Source: an uncultured delta proteobacterium (lineage in GTDB: Bacteria > Desulfobacterota > Binatia > UBA9968). From it: a stretch of 64,000 bases of DNA. The notes under the pieces are model-generated. The model did no database searches. It was not told where the DNA came from and saw nothing but the letters and a program-made list of their open reading frames with translations. Positions 11,017 to 20,559 of the stretch are shown piece by piece. The stretch's first letter is position 1, and each line of letters opens with the position of its first letter. A program made the translations under genes and the position numbers. The stretch spans positions 1 to 64,000 of the forward strand of contig CAVSLC010000025.1 in the NCBI GenBank assembly GCA_963728565.1. Reading direction: 5' to 3'.

Positions 11017-14000
11017 ATGAAAACAGCCTGTTCATTCCGAATCGGGCTCCTGGCTTTTATCTCATCGATGATCTGGAGTTATTCGCAGATCTCATTCGCA
11101 GCTACGTCATGCGATCCGTGGATTGCCCAAATGGTCTCCGTACAGGGAAATGTCGAAGTGAGACGCGCAGGGCAAACGCAGTGGCAGCCGGCGCGATTAA
11201 ACGACCTATATTGTGCCGGTGACCGCGTCCAGGTTGGCGAAAGAAGTCGCGCCGACCTCGCCTTGGCCAATCAACCGATTTTGCGTCTCGATCAAAATAG
11301 CACCATCACTTTGGGAGAAATAAGAGAGCAAAGAACCGCCCTGGTAGAGTTACTGAGGGGCGCTCTGTTTTTTTTCAGCCGGCGGCCGCGCAATCTCGAG
11401 ATACAGACACCATTTGTCAATGCCGGGGTAGAGGGAACCGAAGGTTTTGTACTAGTTGATGCCACTCGAACCTTGATCAGCATTTTCGAGGGCACGGTGC
11501 AAGCCTCGAATCAACTCGGCATGCTGACTCTGGCTAGCGGTCAGACGGTAATAGCTGAACAAGGCAGGGCGCCGACACTGACAGTCACCGTTCGTCCTTA
11601 TGATGCGGTTGCCTGGGCATTGTACTATCTGCCCACCCTCTATTTCCGCCCGCAGGAATTTCCAGCTGGTTCGGGCTGGCAGGGAATGGTTCGAAGTTCG
11701 ATCGAGGCTTACGTCAGAGGTGATCTTGCCGCGGCCTTCGACAGCATTCAGGCAATTCCGGCCACGCTAAACGAGCCGCGCTTCTTCGCCTACCGAGCCG
11801 CGTTGCTCCTGGCGGTCGGGCGGGTCGATGAGGCAAGTCAGGACATCGAACGGGCACTGGATTTAAACCCCAACGACAACAATGCCCTCTCGCTTCAATC
11901 GAGTATCGCAGTGGTTCAAAACGAGAAGGAGAAAGCGCTTGCTCTCGGGCAAAGAGCTGTCACGGCTGATCCCCAATCGGCTTCCGCGCGGATCGCGCTT
12001 TCATATGCCCAGCAGGCCAATTTCGATCTCGACAACGCTTTGGATAGCCTGCAACAAGCAACGCAATTAGATCCCGATAATGCCCTAGCCTGGGCTAGAT
12101 TGGCTGAGGTTTGGCTGTCGCTCGGTCACCTCGATGAAGCCTTAGAGGCGGCTAAACGGGCGGTCGCGCTGGATCCAAACTTATCACGAACTCAGTCGGT
12201 TTTAGGCTTTGCCTTTTTAACCCGGGTCAATACGTACGAGGCGAAAGAGGCTTTCGAGAGAGCTATCCTGCTCGATCAGGCTGACCCGCTCGCTAGACTC
12301 GGATTAGGTTTAGCAAAGATCCGTGAAGGTGATCTCCACGAGGGGAGAATGGAAATAGAGATAGCCGTAAGCCTGGATCCCCAGAATGCGCTGATCCGCA
12401 GCTATTTGGGCAAAGCTTACTTTGAAGAGAAAAGGGGCAAACAAGCGGCTGATCAGTACGAAATGTCCAAAGGATTGGATCCGAGGGATCCGACGCCATA
12501 TTTCTATGATGCCATTCTCAAGCAAACCACCAACCGACCGGTCGAGGCTCTACGGGACATGGAGAAAGCCATTGAATTAAACCATAATCGCGCGGTTTAT
12601 CGTTCACGTCTTTTGCTTGATGCGGATCTCGCCGCGCGCAGCGCAGCGCTAAGTCGAATTTATAGCGATTTGGGTTTCCAGCAGCTTGCTCTGGTAGAGG
12701 GATGGAAGTCGGTCAACACCGACCCGACGAATTTTTCCGCGCACCGTTTTCTAGCGGACTCCTACTCTGTGTTGCCGCGCCACGAGATCGCCAGGGTCAG
12801 CGAGCTACTGCAGTCTCAATTGCTTCAGCCGCTCAACATGACGCCGATCCAGCCGCATCTTGCCGAAAGCAATTTGTTCCTCATCGGCGCTCAGGGTCCG
12901 GCAGCTCTCTCATTCAACGAGTTTCATCCGTTGTTTAGCCGAAACGGCGTGACATTTCAGACGACCGGGCTTGCGGGTGAAAACAAGACCTATGCGGGCG
13001 AAGGAGTGTTCTCCGGGATTTACAACAAGGCAGCGTTCAGTCTGGGTGGCTTTCACTTCCAAACGGATGGCTGGCGAAGAAATGCTGACCAACGGGACGG
13101 GATTGCCAACGCTTTTATTCAATTGCAACTAAGGCCTCAAACCAGCTTTCAATTCGAATATAGATTTAGAGATACGACCAATGGCGATCTTGAACTGAAT
13201 TTCTTCCGTGATGATTTTCTACCGAATCTGAGAGCCTCACAAGAACAAGAAACCTACCGTGCCGGTATACGGCATGACTTTTCGCCGACTTCCATCGTAC
13301 TCGCCTCGTTTATTCATCAACGGCAAGATATGCTTTCCCACGATGAACGGCCTCCTTTTGTTTCCGCCATAGATGTAAAGTCGCCGGGCACTCGATCCCT
13401 CAGCGCGGAGCTTCAACATCTTTTCCGCTCACAATACGTCAATTTTACAAGCGGTGTGGGGCATGTGAATCTCAATAGAGAACAAATACGTCGTTTCGAA
13501 GCTATCTTTCTGCCGTTCCCCCTCACTGAACGTATTGATCTCGATGTCAATCATACCAACCTCTATCTTTATTCTCATCTTAACCTTTTAAGAAACATCA
13601 TGGTCACCCTCGGTGGCAGTGGTGATATCTTTAAGACAGACAATAGTTCGACTTCAGAATCGAGAAACCAGTTCAACCCGAAATTTGGCGTGATCTGGAA
13701 TATACTTCCGAATACGACATTTCGGGCAGCGGCCATCCGAGCATTTAAACGGACGTTGATCACCGACCAGACCCTCGAGCCGACACAAATCGCCGGCTTC
13801 AATCAATTCTATGACGATATAGAATCTACCGAGTCGCGGCGTTACGGGATCGCTCTCGATCAAAAAATTTCCAACAAACTTTTTGGCGGAATCGAATACT
13901 CCCGACGGTACCTGAAGGTTCCGATTCCATTCACAGACCCGTTCACTGCTGTTTCTGAAATCATGCGCAAGGAGTGGCGCGAATATCTGGCTCGACCCTA

Positions 14001-14412
14001 CATTCTGTGGACGCCTCATGATTGGCTGGCCGTTAGTGGCGAGTATCAACATGAGCGTTTTTTGCGTGACTCATCGAATCTCAACTTTGGCTTGAAAGAA
14101 ATTACAAACAAAAGAGCTATTGTGGGAGTTAGATTTTTTCATCCTTCCGGATTCAGTTTAGGCGTGAAGAGCACTTATCTCGACCAAAGCGGCGATTTTC
14201 AGCGACAGGGTATTTGTTGCCAAACGGGCAGCAGTCGATTTTTCTTATTCGATGCGGCGATTAGCTACCGTTTCCCCCAACGCTACGGTTTCTTCACCGT
14301 CGGAGGTACAAACATCTTTGATCGGAAGTTCAAGTATCAGGAAACAGACTTTAGTAACCCGACTATACAACCGACCAGGATGTTATTTGCTAGGTTAACA
14401 TTGGCTTTTTAG
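11017..14412 (+). CDS. FecR-domain / TPR / TonB-dependent-like beta-barrel outer-membrane receptor (NsrA-like)
   Basis: Signal peptide; FecR motif (TPFVNAGVEGTEG); many TPRs; beta-strand-rich C-terminus ending in Phe. Confidence 0.88.
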   Translation: MKTACSFRIGLLAFISSMIWSYSQISFAATSCDPWIAQMVSVQGNVEVRRAGQTQWQPARLNDLYCAGDRVQVGERSRADLALANQPILRLDQNSTITLGEIREQRTALVELLRGALFFFSRRPRNLEIQTPFVNAGVEGTEGFVLVDATRTLISIFEGTVQASNQLGMLTLASGQTVIAEQGRAPTLTVTVRPYDAVAWALYYLPTLYFRPQEFPAGSGWQGMVRSSIEAYVRGDLAAAFDSIQAIPATLNEPRFFAYRAALLLAVGRVDEASQDIERALDLNPNDNNALSLQSSIAVVQNEKEKALALGQRAVTADPQSASARIALSYAQQANFDLDNALDSLQQATQLDPDNALAWARLAEVWLSLGHLDEALEAAKRAVALDPNLSRTQSVLGFAFLTRVNTYEAKEAFERAILLDQADPLARLGLGLAKIREGDLHEGRMEIEIAVSLDPQNALIRSYLGKAYFEEKRGKQAADQYEMSKGLDPRDPTPYFYDAILKQTTNRPVEALRDMEKAIELNHNRAVYRSRLLLDADLAARSAALSRIYSDLGFQQLALVEGWKSVNTDPTNFSAHRFLADSYSVLPRHEIARVSELLQSQLLQPLNMTPIQPHLAESNLFLIGAQGPAALSFNEFHPLFSRNGVTFQTTGLAGENKTYAGEGVFSGIYNKAAFSLGGFHFQTDGWRRNADQRDGIANAFIQLQLRPQTSFQFEYRFRDTTNGDLELNFFRDDFLPNLRASQEQETYRAGIRHDFSPTSIVLASFIHQRQDMLSHDERPPFVSAIDVKSPGTRSLSAELQHLFRSQYVNFTSGVGHVNLNREQIRRFEAIFLPFPLTERIDLDVNHTNLYLYSHLNLLRNIMVTLGGSGDIFKTDNSSTSESRNQFNPKFGVIWNILPNTTFRAAAIRAFKRTLITDQTLEPTQIAGFNQFYDDIESTESRRYGIALDQKISNKLFGGIEYSRRYLKVPIPFTDPFTAVSEIMRKEWREYLARPYILWTPHDWLAVSGEYQHERFLRDSSNLNFGLKEITNKRAIVGVRFFHPSGFSLGVKSTYLDQSGDFQRQGICCQTGSSRFFLFDAAISYRFPQRYGFFTVGGTNIFDRKFKYQETDFSNPTIQPTRMLFARLTLAF

Positions 14413-14477
14413 GTAATTACAGGCAAAGATCATGAGAGAAACACAACTTCAAACGAACTTTTAAAAGGAGGAAACGT

Positions 14478-14864
14478 ATGAACTTTTATTTGCATGCTGC
14501 ATCAATAGCGATGGCAATGGTCTTCGCATCATGTGCTGGCTACGACAGACACGTACAGCAACCCCCGGGTGGGGATGTGAGAAGTCCGTTCAAACCCGCT
14601 CCGTTAAAACGGGAAGAGAAAGTGGCAGACGGAAAATGCACTGCTGTGCTGGAGTTTGATACAAAAGGTCAAATCGCTAAAGTGAATTCTCCTGATTGCA
14701 TTACCGGACGGGGTAGATTGTTCGTCACGGCGGATAAAAAGCGGTTCTTTGAACTTAGGCATACCAACGAATCGATCACGTTTGGTGATAACACCACGAC
14801 GTGTTACGGCCCCGACAATCCCAGCCCTCCCTGGTGTGTCTGCACAGAAGCGCCGTGTCCCTGA
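14478..14864 (+). CDS. Cys-rich lipoprotein of unknown function
   Basis: AAGGAGG RBS; lipobox FASC; six further Cys including the terminal CVCTEAPCP. Confidence 0.75.
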   Translation: MNFYLHAASIAMAMVFASCAGYDRHVQQPPGGDVRSPFKPAPLKREEKVADGKCTAVLEFDTKGQIAKVNSPDCITGRGRLFVTADKKRFFELRHTNESITFGDNTTTCYGPDNPSPPWCVCTEAPCP

Positions 14865-14885
14865 ACGACAAAGCGTCGCATTCAT

Positions 14886-14920
14886 CAGTAGGAGGGAGGA
14901 ATGCTGCCTCCCTCCTACTG
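14886..14920. terminator. Bidirectional terminator hairpin between convergent genes
   Basis: Perfect 14-bp stem CAGTAGGAGGGAGG / CCTCCCTCCTACTG. Confidence 0.75.
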
Positions 14921-14941
14921 TGCGAATCGACGTCCGTCCAT

Positions 14942-15244
14942 TCACTCGCCATCGTCATAAATCCCGCGTCGTAGAACGCGCCGCTGGGCCTTGATTTCAT
15001 CCGCTCCCAACGGGTCATGATCACACGACCCATAGAAATCGATGATGTTGCCGGCGCTCTCATTAAGCATTGGATTTACCGAGAACAGGGTCTCTTCGCG
15101 TATCGATGGGAACTTCATGTGGCAGTAACTCGTGGTCTCAGCAGGGACCTTGACGATTCCTTCCTGACTCCCCGCAGTGGGCACGCCCCAAAACAATGTC
15201 GAGAACAGCAACAGGTTGATTACTAGTGATACTTTGTTTTTCAC
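14942..15244 (-). CDS. Small secreted two-Cys protein (paralogue B)
   Basis: Same RBS context AGAAAGGAGGTGAGAAA; GTG start at 15244; YCHMKFP..IDFYGSCDHDPLG. Confidence 0.85.
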   Translation of the reverse strand: MKNKVSLVINLLLFSTLFWGVPTAGSQEGIVKVPAETTSYCHMKFPSIREETLFSVNPMLNESAGNIIDFYGSCDHDPLGADEIKAQRRVLRRGIYDDGE

Positions 15245-15293
15245 TTTTCTCACCTCCTTTCTTTTTTTATTTTCACATCCTGCTTCTTCTAAG

Positions 15294-15309
15294 AGCATCA
15301 GTTGTGCCA
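15294..15309 (-). promoter_or_regulatory. Sigma-54 (-24/-12) promoter
   Basis: TGGCACAACTGATGCT on the minus strand; matches the site at 8033. Confidence 0.75.
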
Positions 15310-16216
15310 GGTCGGTATCGGCGGGTTTTTTACGTTCATGGCGGCCTAATAATTTTGAATGCGTCAACGTTTGCTGCGGTGCTGTCTACTTTGTTGTTGA
15401 CTAGTCGGCGGACGATGATTTCACATCAGGCCGTCTGCAAAGCAGGCGCAATCCAATCGAGATGATCGCCTGTCCAGTATGTGCGTGTAAAACCGCCGAG
15501 AGTAGAAGGCGGGGTAACGTTGACCAGACGTTAGCTGAACATGACTCGTTGTCCACGTGACCGTTTGCCGGGTGTTACCGCTAGCTCCGCTATTAGATCG
15601 AATAGAACCCTACCCAGGATGGCCTGATGGGGAGATGTGTCATCCAGTCCGAGAACGTCCGCAAGAACCCCTTCTCCGAAGAGCATGCCACTGACGTGTT
15701 TCTATCGGCATTTCTGAAAGCCGAATTATCGGACTCTTCCGTTTTAAAATGGTCAGCAATTTCAAGAGCCGTGCTGCCGTAACTGTCGTCACGCAAGTAA
15801 AAACTGTTCAAAGGCTCCTGCGCAATTTGAATGGCACCACGCGTCCGTCGAAAACGAGGCAGGTACAATCATCTAGTGTATGAGGACGGTCCGGTTTCCT
15901 GGCATGTTAATGCGTTTACGGAAGCGGACCGTTTGGCTATAGAAGTCTAACGCAAGCTGATATGATTTGGCGTCTGTCTAATCGGAGCTGATCGAAAGGG
16001 GACGGCAGCTGCTCAACGAGAGTGATACGAAAGTCACTCCGGATTTCTGTTGCTTACCGGATCCACGACGCACCGTTCGCCAAGTACTCGCGCGTAAGCA
16101 GCTCTCTCCGTTGGAGATCGATACGAATACACAGAAATCTAAACTGTTGCGGCATGATAATTTCGATATTGATTGATCGCTAGGGACCTGTTAGGAGAGA
16201 TCAGTCACTGGTAAGA

Positions 16217-17020
16217 ATGTACAATCGACGGCGAACCCGGAACAAAATGATCGGCATCGAAGCGGAGCCCCTTGGCAAAAATGATTTACATGTCCGCATC
16301 GCTTCCTTGGATCGCCGGAAGTCGGAGCGGGATTTTTTTGAAAGTATTCTTGCCGCCGATGAAATCAACCGAGCGAACCGCTTTTATTTTCAGAAGGACC
16401 GCAAACGGTTTATCGTCGGCCGAGGATTGTTGAGAGTGATCCTGAGTTCTTATGTCGGAGTGCCAGCCGATAAGATTATCTTCACTTACGGCAGCCACGG
16501 CAAGCCCGGGTTAGAACGGCAAGACGGTCAACCCGCGATCGAGTTCAACCTGTCTCACTCTGGTGGAACGGCAATCTACGCGATAACACGAGATCGGGCT
16601 ATGGGAGTAGACATCGAAGCACTTGAACCCGATTTTCCCACAGAGGACGTTGCTAGGAATTTTTTTTCTTTGACTGAACTGGCAGCACTCCGCAGTCTGC
16701 CAAAGGACATGCAAAGCGTGGCGTTCTTTAAATGTTGGACCCGAAAGGAAGCCTTCATAAAGGCTCTTGGCGATGGACTGAGTTGTCCTCTATCGGATTT
16801 TGACGTTTCGCTAATGCCGGGCCAGCCGGCAAAATTGTTACAGATTAGAGGGGCTTCCGAGGAAGCCTCTCGCTGGTACATGGAGGATATAGAATCTGTA
16901 GCAGGCTACGCGGCCGCCGTTGTTTTCTCTGGGCCGCAGTGCCGGATGCATGTTAGCCAATGGGACTCAAACAGCGGGAATGGAAATGAACCAGTTGTCG
17001 GAATATTGAATAGGGAATAG
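16217..17020 (+). CDS. 4'-phosphopantetheinyl transferase (Sfp-type)
   Basis: GKP, FNLSHS, GVDIE, WTRKEAFIKALG. Confidence 0.95.
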   Translation: MYNRRRTRNKMIGIEAEPLGKNDLHVRIASLDRRKSERDFFESILAADEINRANRFYFQKDRKRFIVGRGLLRVILSSYVGVPADKIIFTYGSHGKPGLERQDGQPAIEFNLSHSGGTAIYAITRDRAMGVDIEALEPDFPTEDVARNFFSLTELAALRSLPKDMQSVAFFKCWTRKEAFIKALGDGLSCPLSDFDVSLMPGQPAKLLQIRGASEEASRWYMEDIESVAGYAAAVVFSGPQCRMHVSQWDSNSGNGNEPVVGILNRE

Positions 17021-17109
17021 ATTAAAAGAGCGTACAGCTTCTTCTTTAGGCCTACCGAACTACCGCGCGATCTGACAGAACGGTCTAGCTGAAGCAGGGA
17101 GAAGCTGGG

Positions 17110-20100
17110 GTGAATTGCCCTCGCTGTAAGAATCAGAATCCTGACACCGCGGCTTTTTGCGATGAGTGCGGCACGCCGCTGGAAACCGCTTGTTCCAGCT
17201 GTGGCGAAGCTAATCGACGAGGAGCTAAGTTTTGTAAAAAATGCGGCCAGTCACTTAGCCGACCAGCGATTGCAAGTCAGAGCATCGCGGCCAACATCTC
17301 ACAACGCCAGCCAACTATTCCGAAACACCTTGCCGAAAAAATCCTGGCTGAGCGTCACACTTTGGAAGGTGAGCGAAAGCAGGTGACGATCTTATTTGCC
17401 GACATTAAAGATTCCACACGCCTTGTGGAAGGGCTCGACCCTGAGGATGCGCAGAAGCTACTAGATCCAATCCTAAAAGCCATGATGGATGCGGTGCATC
17501 GTTATGAAGGAACCGTTAATCATATCTTAGGGGACGGCATCATGGCGCTGTTTGGCGCACCGTTAGCTCATGAAGATCATGCAGTGCGCGCATGTTATGC
17601 CGCATTGGCAATGCAGCAGCTGCTGCGGCAGCATCGTGCCGGGATCGGTTCTTCAGAAGAATTACCACAGATATGTATCGGCTTGAATTCAGGCGAGGTG
17701 GTTGTCCGGACGATCGATAATGATCTCAATTTTGATTATCTGGCAGTGGGAGATTCTATTCATCTCGCGGCGCGAATGCAGGAACTGGCCGCACCCGACG
17801 CAATTTTGATCACCGCCAGAACCTTGCGCGAAGTAGAAGGCTTTGTTCAGGTCAAATCTCTTGGATTACAGCAACCCAAAGGATTTACCCGGCTGATTGA
17901 GACCTTTGAATTGACCGGCGTGACTGCTGTACGCAAGCGATTGCATGCCGCGGTTGTGCGAGGACTCAGTGGTTTTGTTGGGCGCGGGACAGAGATTGAG
18001 ATTTTTAAGCGTGTTTTGCAGCAAGCGAGTTCAGGTCACGGTCAGATCTTGGCGTTGTGTGGTGAGCCAGGGATGGGCAAATCACGGCTCGTCTATGAGT
18101 TCACGCACAGCCATCTACCTCCGGAATGGACAGTGCTCGAAGCAACCTCCGCATCTTACGGCAAAGCTACGCCGTACTATCCGTTAATTGAATTGCTTCG
18201 ACGTTATTTCCAAGTCAATGAAGGCGAGAACGGTGAAACGATTCGGCTCAAAGTTCAAAGGCATCTAATTGAATTGGATGCGAGACTAAAAGACGCAGTT
18301 CCGCCTCTTCTGGCTCTGTTAGACGCTTTGCCGGATGCGGAAACTCAGGGGAAAACCGATGGTTTTAGCAAAAATGATCGTGAGTTGTTTGAGCTCATCC
18401 AGAAGTTCGAATACCTGGAACCCCAACAACGACGGCGGCTAACTTTTGAAGCTCTCAAGCGAGTGTTGATCCGTGAAAGCTTGAAAAACCCCGTTCTGTT
18501 GCTGATGGAGGATCTTCACTGGATTGATAACGAGACCCAGGCGTTTCTCGACCATCTGGTGGAGAGTCTGCCCATGACCCGCCTGTTGCTCCTGGTTAAT
18601 CATCGACCCGGCTACAGCCACACTTGGTCGGACAAGAGTTATTACACCCAGATACGCGTCGATCCGTTGTCAGATCAAGGAGCGGAAGAATTACTGCGGA
18701 TTCTATTAGGTGATAATCAAGATCTAGCGTCTCTTAAAGAATTGTTGATCAAGCGAACCGAAGGAAATCCACTTTTTGCGGAGGAGAGCGTGCGCTCTTT
18801 GGTGGAAAGCGGGTTTCTGGTCGGTGACAAAGGGCATTACCGAGCTGGTCTTAAGATCGACAGCATTCGCATTCCCAGCACCGTGCAAACCGTTCTCGCG
18901 GATCGTATTGACCGATTACCGATCCCGGAAAAGCATCTCCTACAAACAGCGTCTGTTATCGGAGTCATTGTTCCCATGGCTCTGCTGCGCGCTGTAGCAG
19001 GATTGCCGGAAGACGAACTCTACCGTCAGCTTGCGAAGCTCCGCTCGTCGGAATTTCTTTACGAATCAAATCTTTTTCCCGATCTCGAATACACGTTTAA
19101 ACACGCGCTTACCAACGAGGTTGTTTATGGCGCGATGCTTCACGATCACAAAAGCCTTCTGCACGCACGGATTGTGAATGCGCTCGAGGAGTCAGCTGCA
19201 GAAATATCGCATGACCACATCGAGAAGCTGGCTCACCACGCCTTCCATGGCGAGCTTTGGGATAAGGCGGTTCCTTATTTAGAGGAGGCTGGCGCTAAAG
19301 CTGTTTCTCGATCATCTTTTCGTCATGCGGTGCTTCGTTTCGAACAGGCGTTGGAGGCGCTAAAGCATCTTCCAGAAATTCGCGTTAATCTTAAACACGC
19401 TGTCGACTTGCGGATTGAAATGCGCAACGCACTATTTATCCTCGGGGAATTTCGCCAGGGACTCGAGCGTCTGGAACAAGCAAAAGCGGCAGCGATTTTG
19501 TTGAACGATCAAAGTCGATTGGGAAAGTTGTTCAATCTAATAACGGCTCACTGGAATCTTGCAGGGAATCCTGAGCAGGCGATCGCCTCCGGTATGGAAG
19601 CACTGAATCATACGACGGCGCAAGCGAATATCGATCTACGTATTGTAACACATTATTTTCTCGGCGCGGCCTTCCATAACTTGGGTCAATTTCAGAAGGC
19701 TGTTGATGTACTTGAGCGCGCACTGACGCTCATAGGAGATCGACGCTTCGAGCTGTTCGGTACAACGGGCATTGTTTCAGTCATTAGTAGAGCCTGGTTG
19801 GTTCGGTGCCTTGCGCAGCTTGGCGAGTTTAGAGAAGCGGCTCATCATGTGGATGAGGCAATGCAGACTGCGGTGGAAAGTAAGCATCCTTACAGTATTG
19901 TTTATGCGTGTTACGGCGTGGGTATGTTCTACCTCGTGAAAGGAGAGTTTGATCAGAGCGTTCTTGTTCTCACCCGCGGATTAAAAGTATGTGACGAAGC
20001 GGAGATTCCGGTTCAGCGACCTCTGATCGGCTCATGTTTGGGTGCCGCTTACGCTTTTTTAGGACGATTTGATGAAGCTCTAAATCTTCTGGAAAGAGCG

Positions 20101-20541
20101 GTGGAGCATACTGAATCCATGAGAAGACTCGGCGGACAGGCTCTGCGAATGGCCTTATTGAGTGAAGCATATATGTTAGCCGGACGCGCGGTTGAAGCGG
20201 AAGCGCTTGCGCGCCGCGGTTTGGAGATGTCGGTCCAGACTAAAGATAAAGGAAGCCAGGCATCGTTGCTTCGGGTTTTAGGCCACATCATCGCTTCGCG
20301 GGATTCATTGGATGCGGAGGAGGCCGCGGTGACTTTCAACCAAGCGTTGATTCTTGCTCAAGAATTAGGGATGCGTCCGATGCAAGCGCATTGTCACCTT
20401 GGAATTGGGCAAGTTCATTTAAAGGCGAAGAATCTTGTAGAAGCTCGTTCTGAAATCCTTGAGGCTGCAAATCTGTACCGACGCATGTCAATGCCCTTCT
20501 GGCTTTTAAAGGCAGAAACGTGGCTTGATAGTCTGGCTTAG
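17110..20541 (+). CDS. Double zinc ribbon - class III cyclase - STAND (AAA_16) ATPase - TPR protein
   Basis: Four CxxC; GERKQVTILFAD; GDGIMALFG; GEPGMGKS Walker A; EDLHWID; GNPLF; C-terminal TPRs. Confidence 0.93.
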   Translation: MNCPRCKNQNPDTAAFCDECGTPLETACSSCGEANRRGAKFCKKCGQSLSRPAIASQSIAANISQRQPTIPKHLAEKILAERHTLEGERKQVTILFADIKDSTRLVEGLDPEDAQKLLDPILKAMMDAVHRYEGTVNHILGDGIMALFGAPLAHEDHAVRACYAALAMQQLLRQHRAGIGSSEELPQICIGLNSGEVVVRTIDNDLNFDYLAVGDSIHLAARMQELAAPDAILITARTLREVEGFVQVKSLGLQQPKGFTRLIETFELTGVTAVRKRLHAAVVRGLSGFVGRGTEIEIFKRVLQQASSGHGQILALCGEPGMGKSRLVYEFTHSHLPPEWTVLEATSASYGKATPYYPLIELLRRYFQVNEGENGETIRLKVQRHLIELDARLKDAVPPLLALLDALPDAETQGKTDGFSKNDRELFELIQKFEYLEPQQRRRLTFEALKRVLIRESLKNPVLLLMEDLHWIDNETQAFLDHLVESLPMTRLLLLVNHRPGYSHTWSDKSYYTQIRVDPLSDQGAEELLRILLGDNQDLASLKELLIKRTEGNPLFAEESVRSLVESGFLVGDKGHYRAGLKIDSIRIPSTVQTVLADRIDRLPIPEKHLLQTASVIGVIVPMALLRAVAGLPEDELYRQLAKLRSSEFLYESNLFPDLEYTFKHALTNEVVYGAMLHDHKSLLHARIVNALEESAAEISHDHIEKLAHHAFHGELWDKAVPYLEEAGAKAVSRSSFRHAVLRFEQALEALKHLPEIRVNLKHAVDLRIEMRNALFILGEFRQGLERLEQAKAAAILLNDQSRLGKLFNLITAHWNLAGNPEQAIASGMEALNHTTAQANIDLRIVTHYFLGAAFHNLGQFQKAVDVLERALTLIGDRRFELFGTTGIVSVISRAWLVRCLAQLGEFREAAHHVDEAMQTAVESKHPYSIVYACYGVGMFYLVKGEFDQSVLVLTRGLKVCDEAEIPVQRPLIGSCLGAAYAFLGRFDEALNLLERAVEHTESMRRLGGQALRMALLSEAYMLAGRAVEAEALARRGLEMSVQTKDKGSQASLLRVLGHIIASRDSLDAEEAAVTFNQALILAQELGMRPMQAHCHLGIGQVHLKAKNLVEARSEILEAANLYRRMSMPFWLLKAETWLDSLA

Positions 20542-20559
20542 TTCATCGTTGAGGGCTGC

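Noticed and set aside
15593-15868. 91-aa minus-strand ORF between the small-protein promoter and the PPTase
   Set aside because: TTG start, no clear RBS and no recognisable motif; cannot support it
15900-16165. Possible sigma-54 promoters for the NRPS operon (TGGCATGTTAATGC at 15900; CGGCATGATAATTTC at 16150)
   Set aside because: The first has GG-GC spacing one base short; the second lacks the -12 GC
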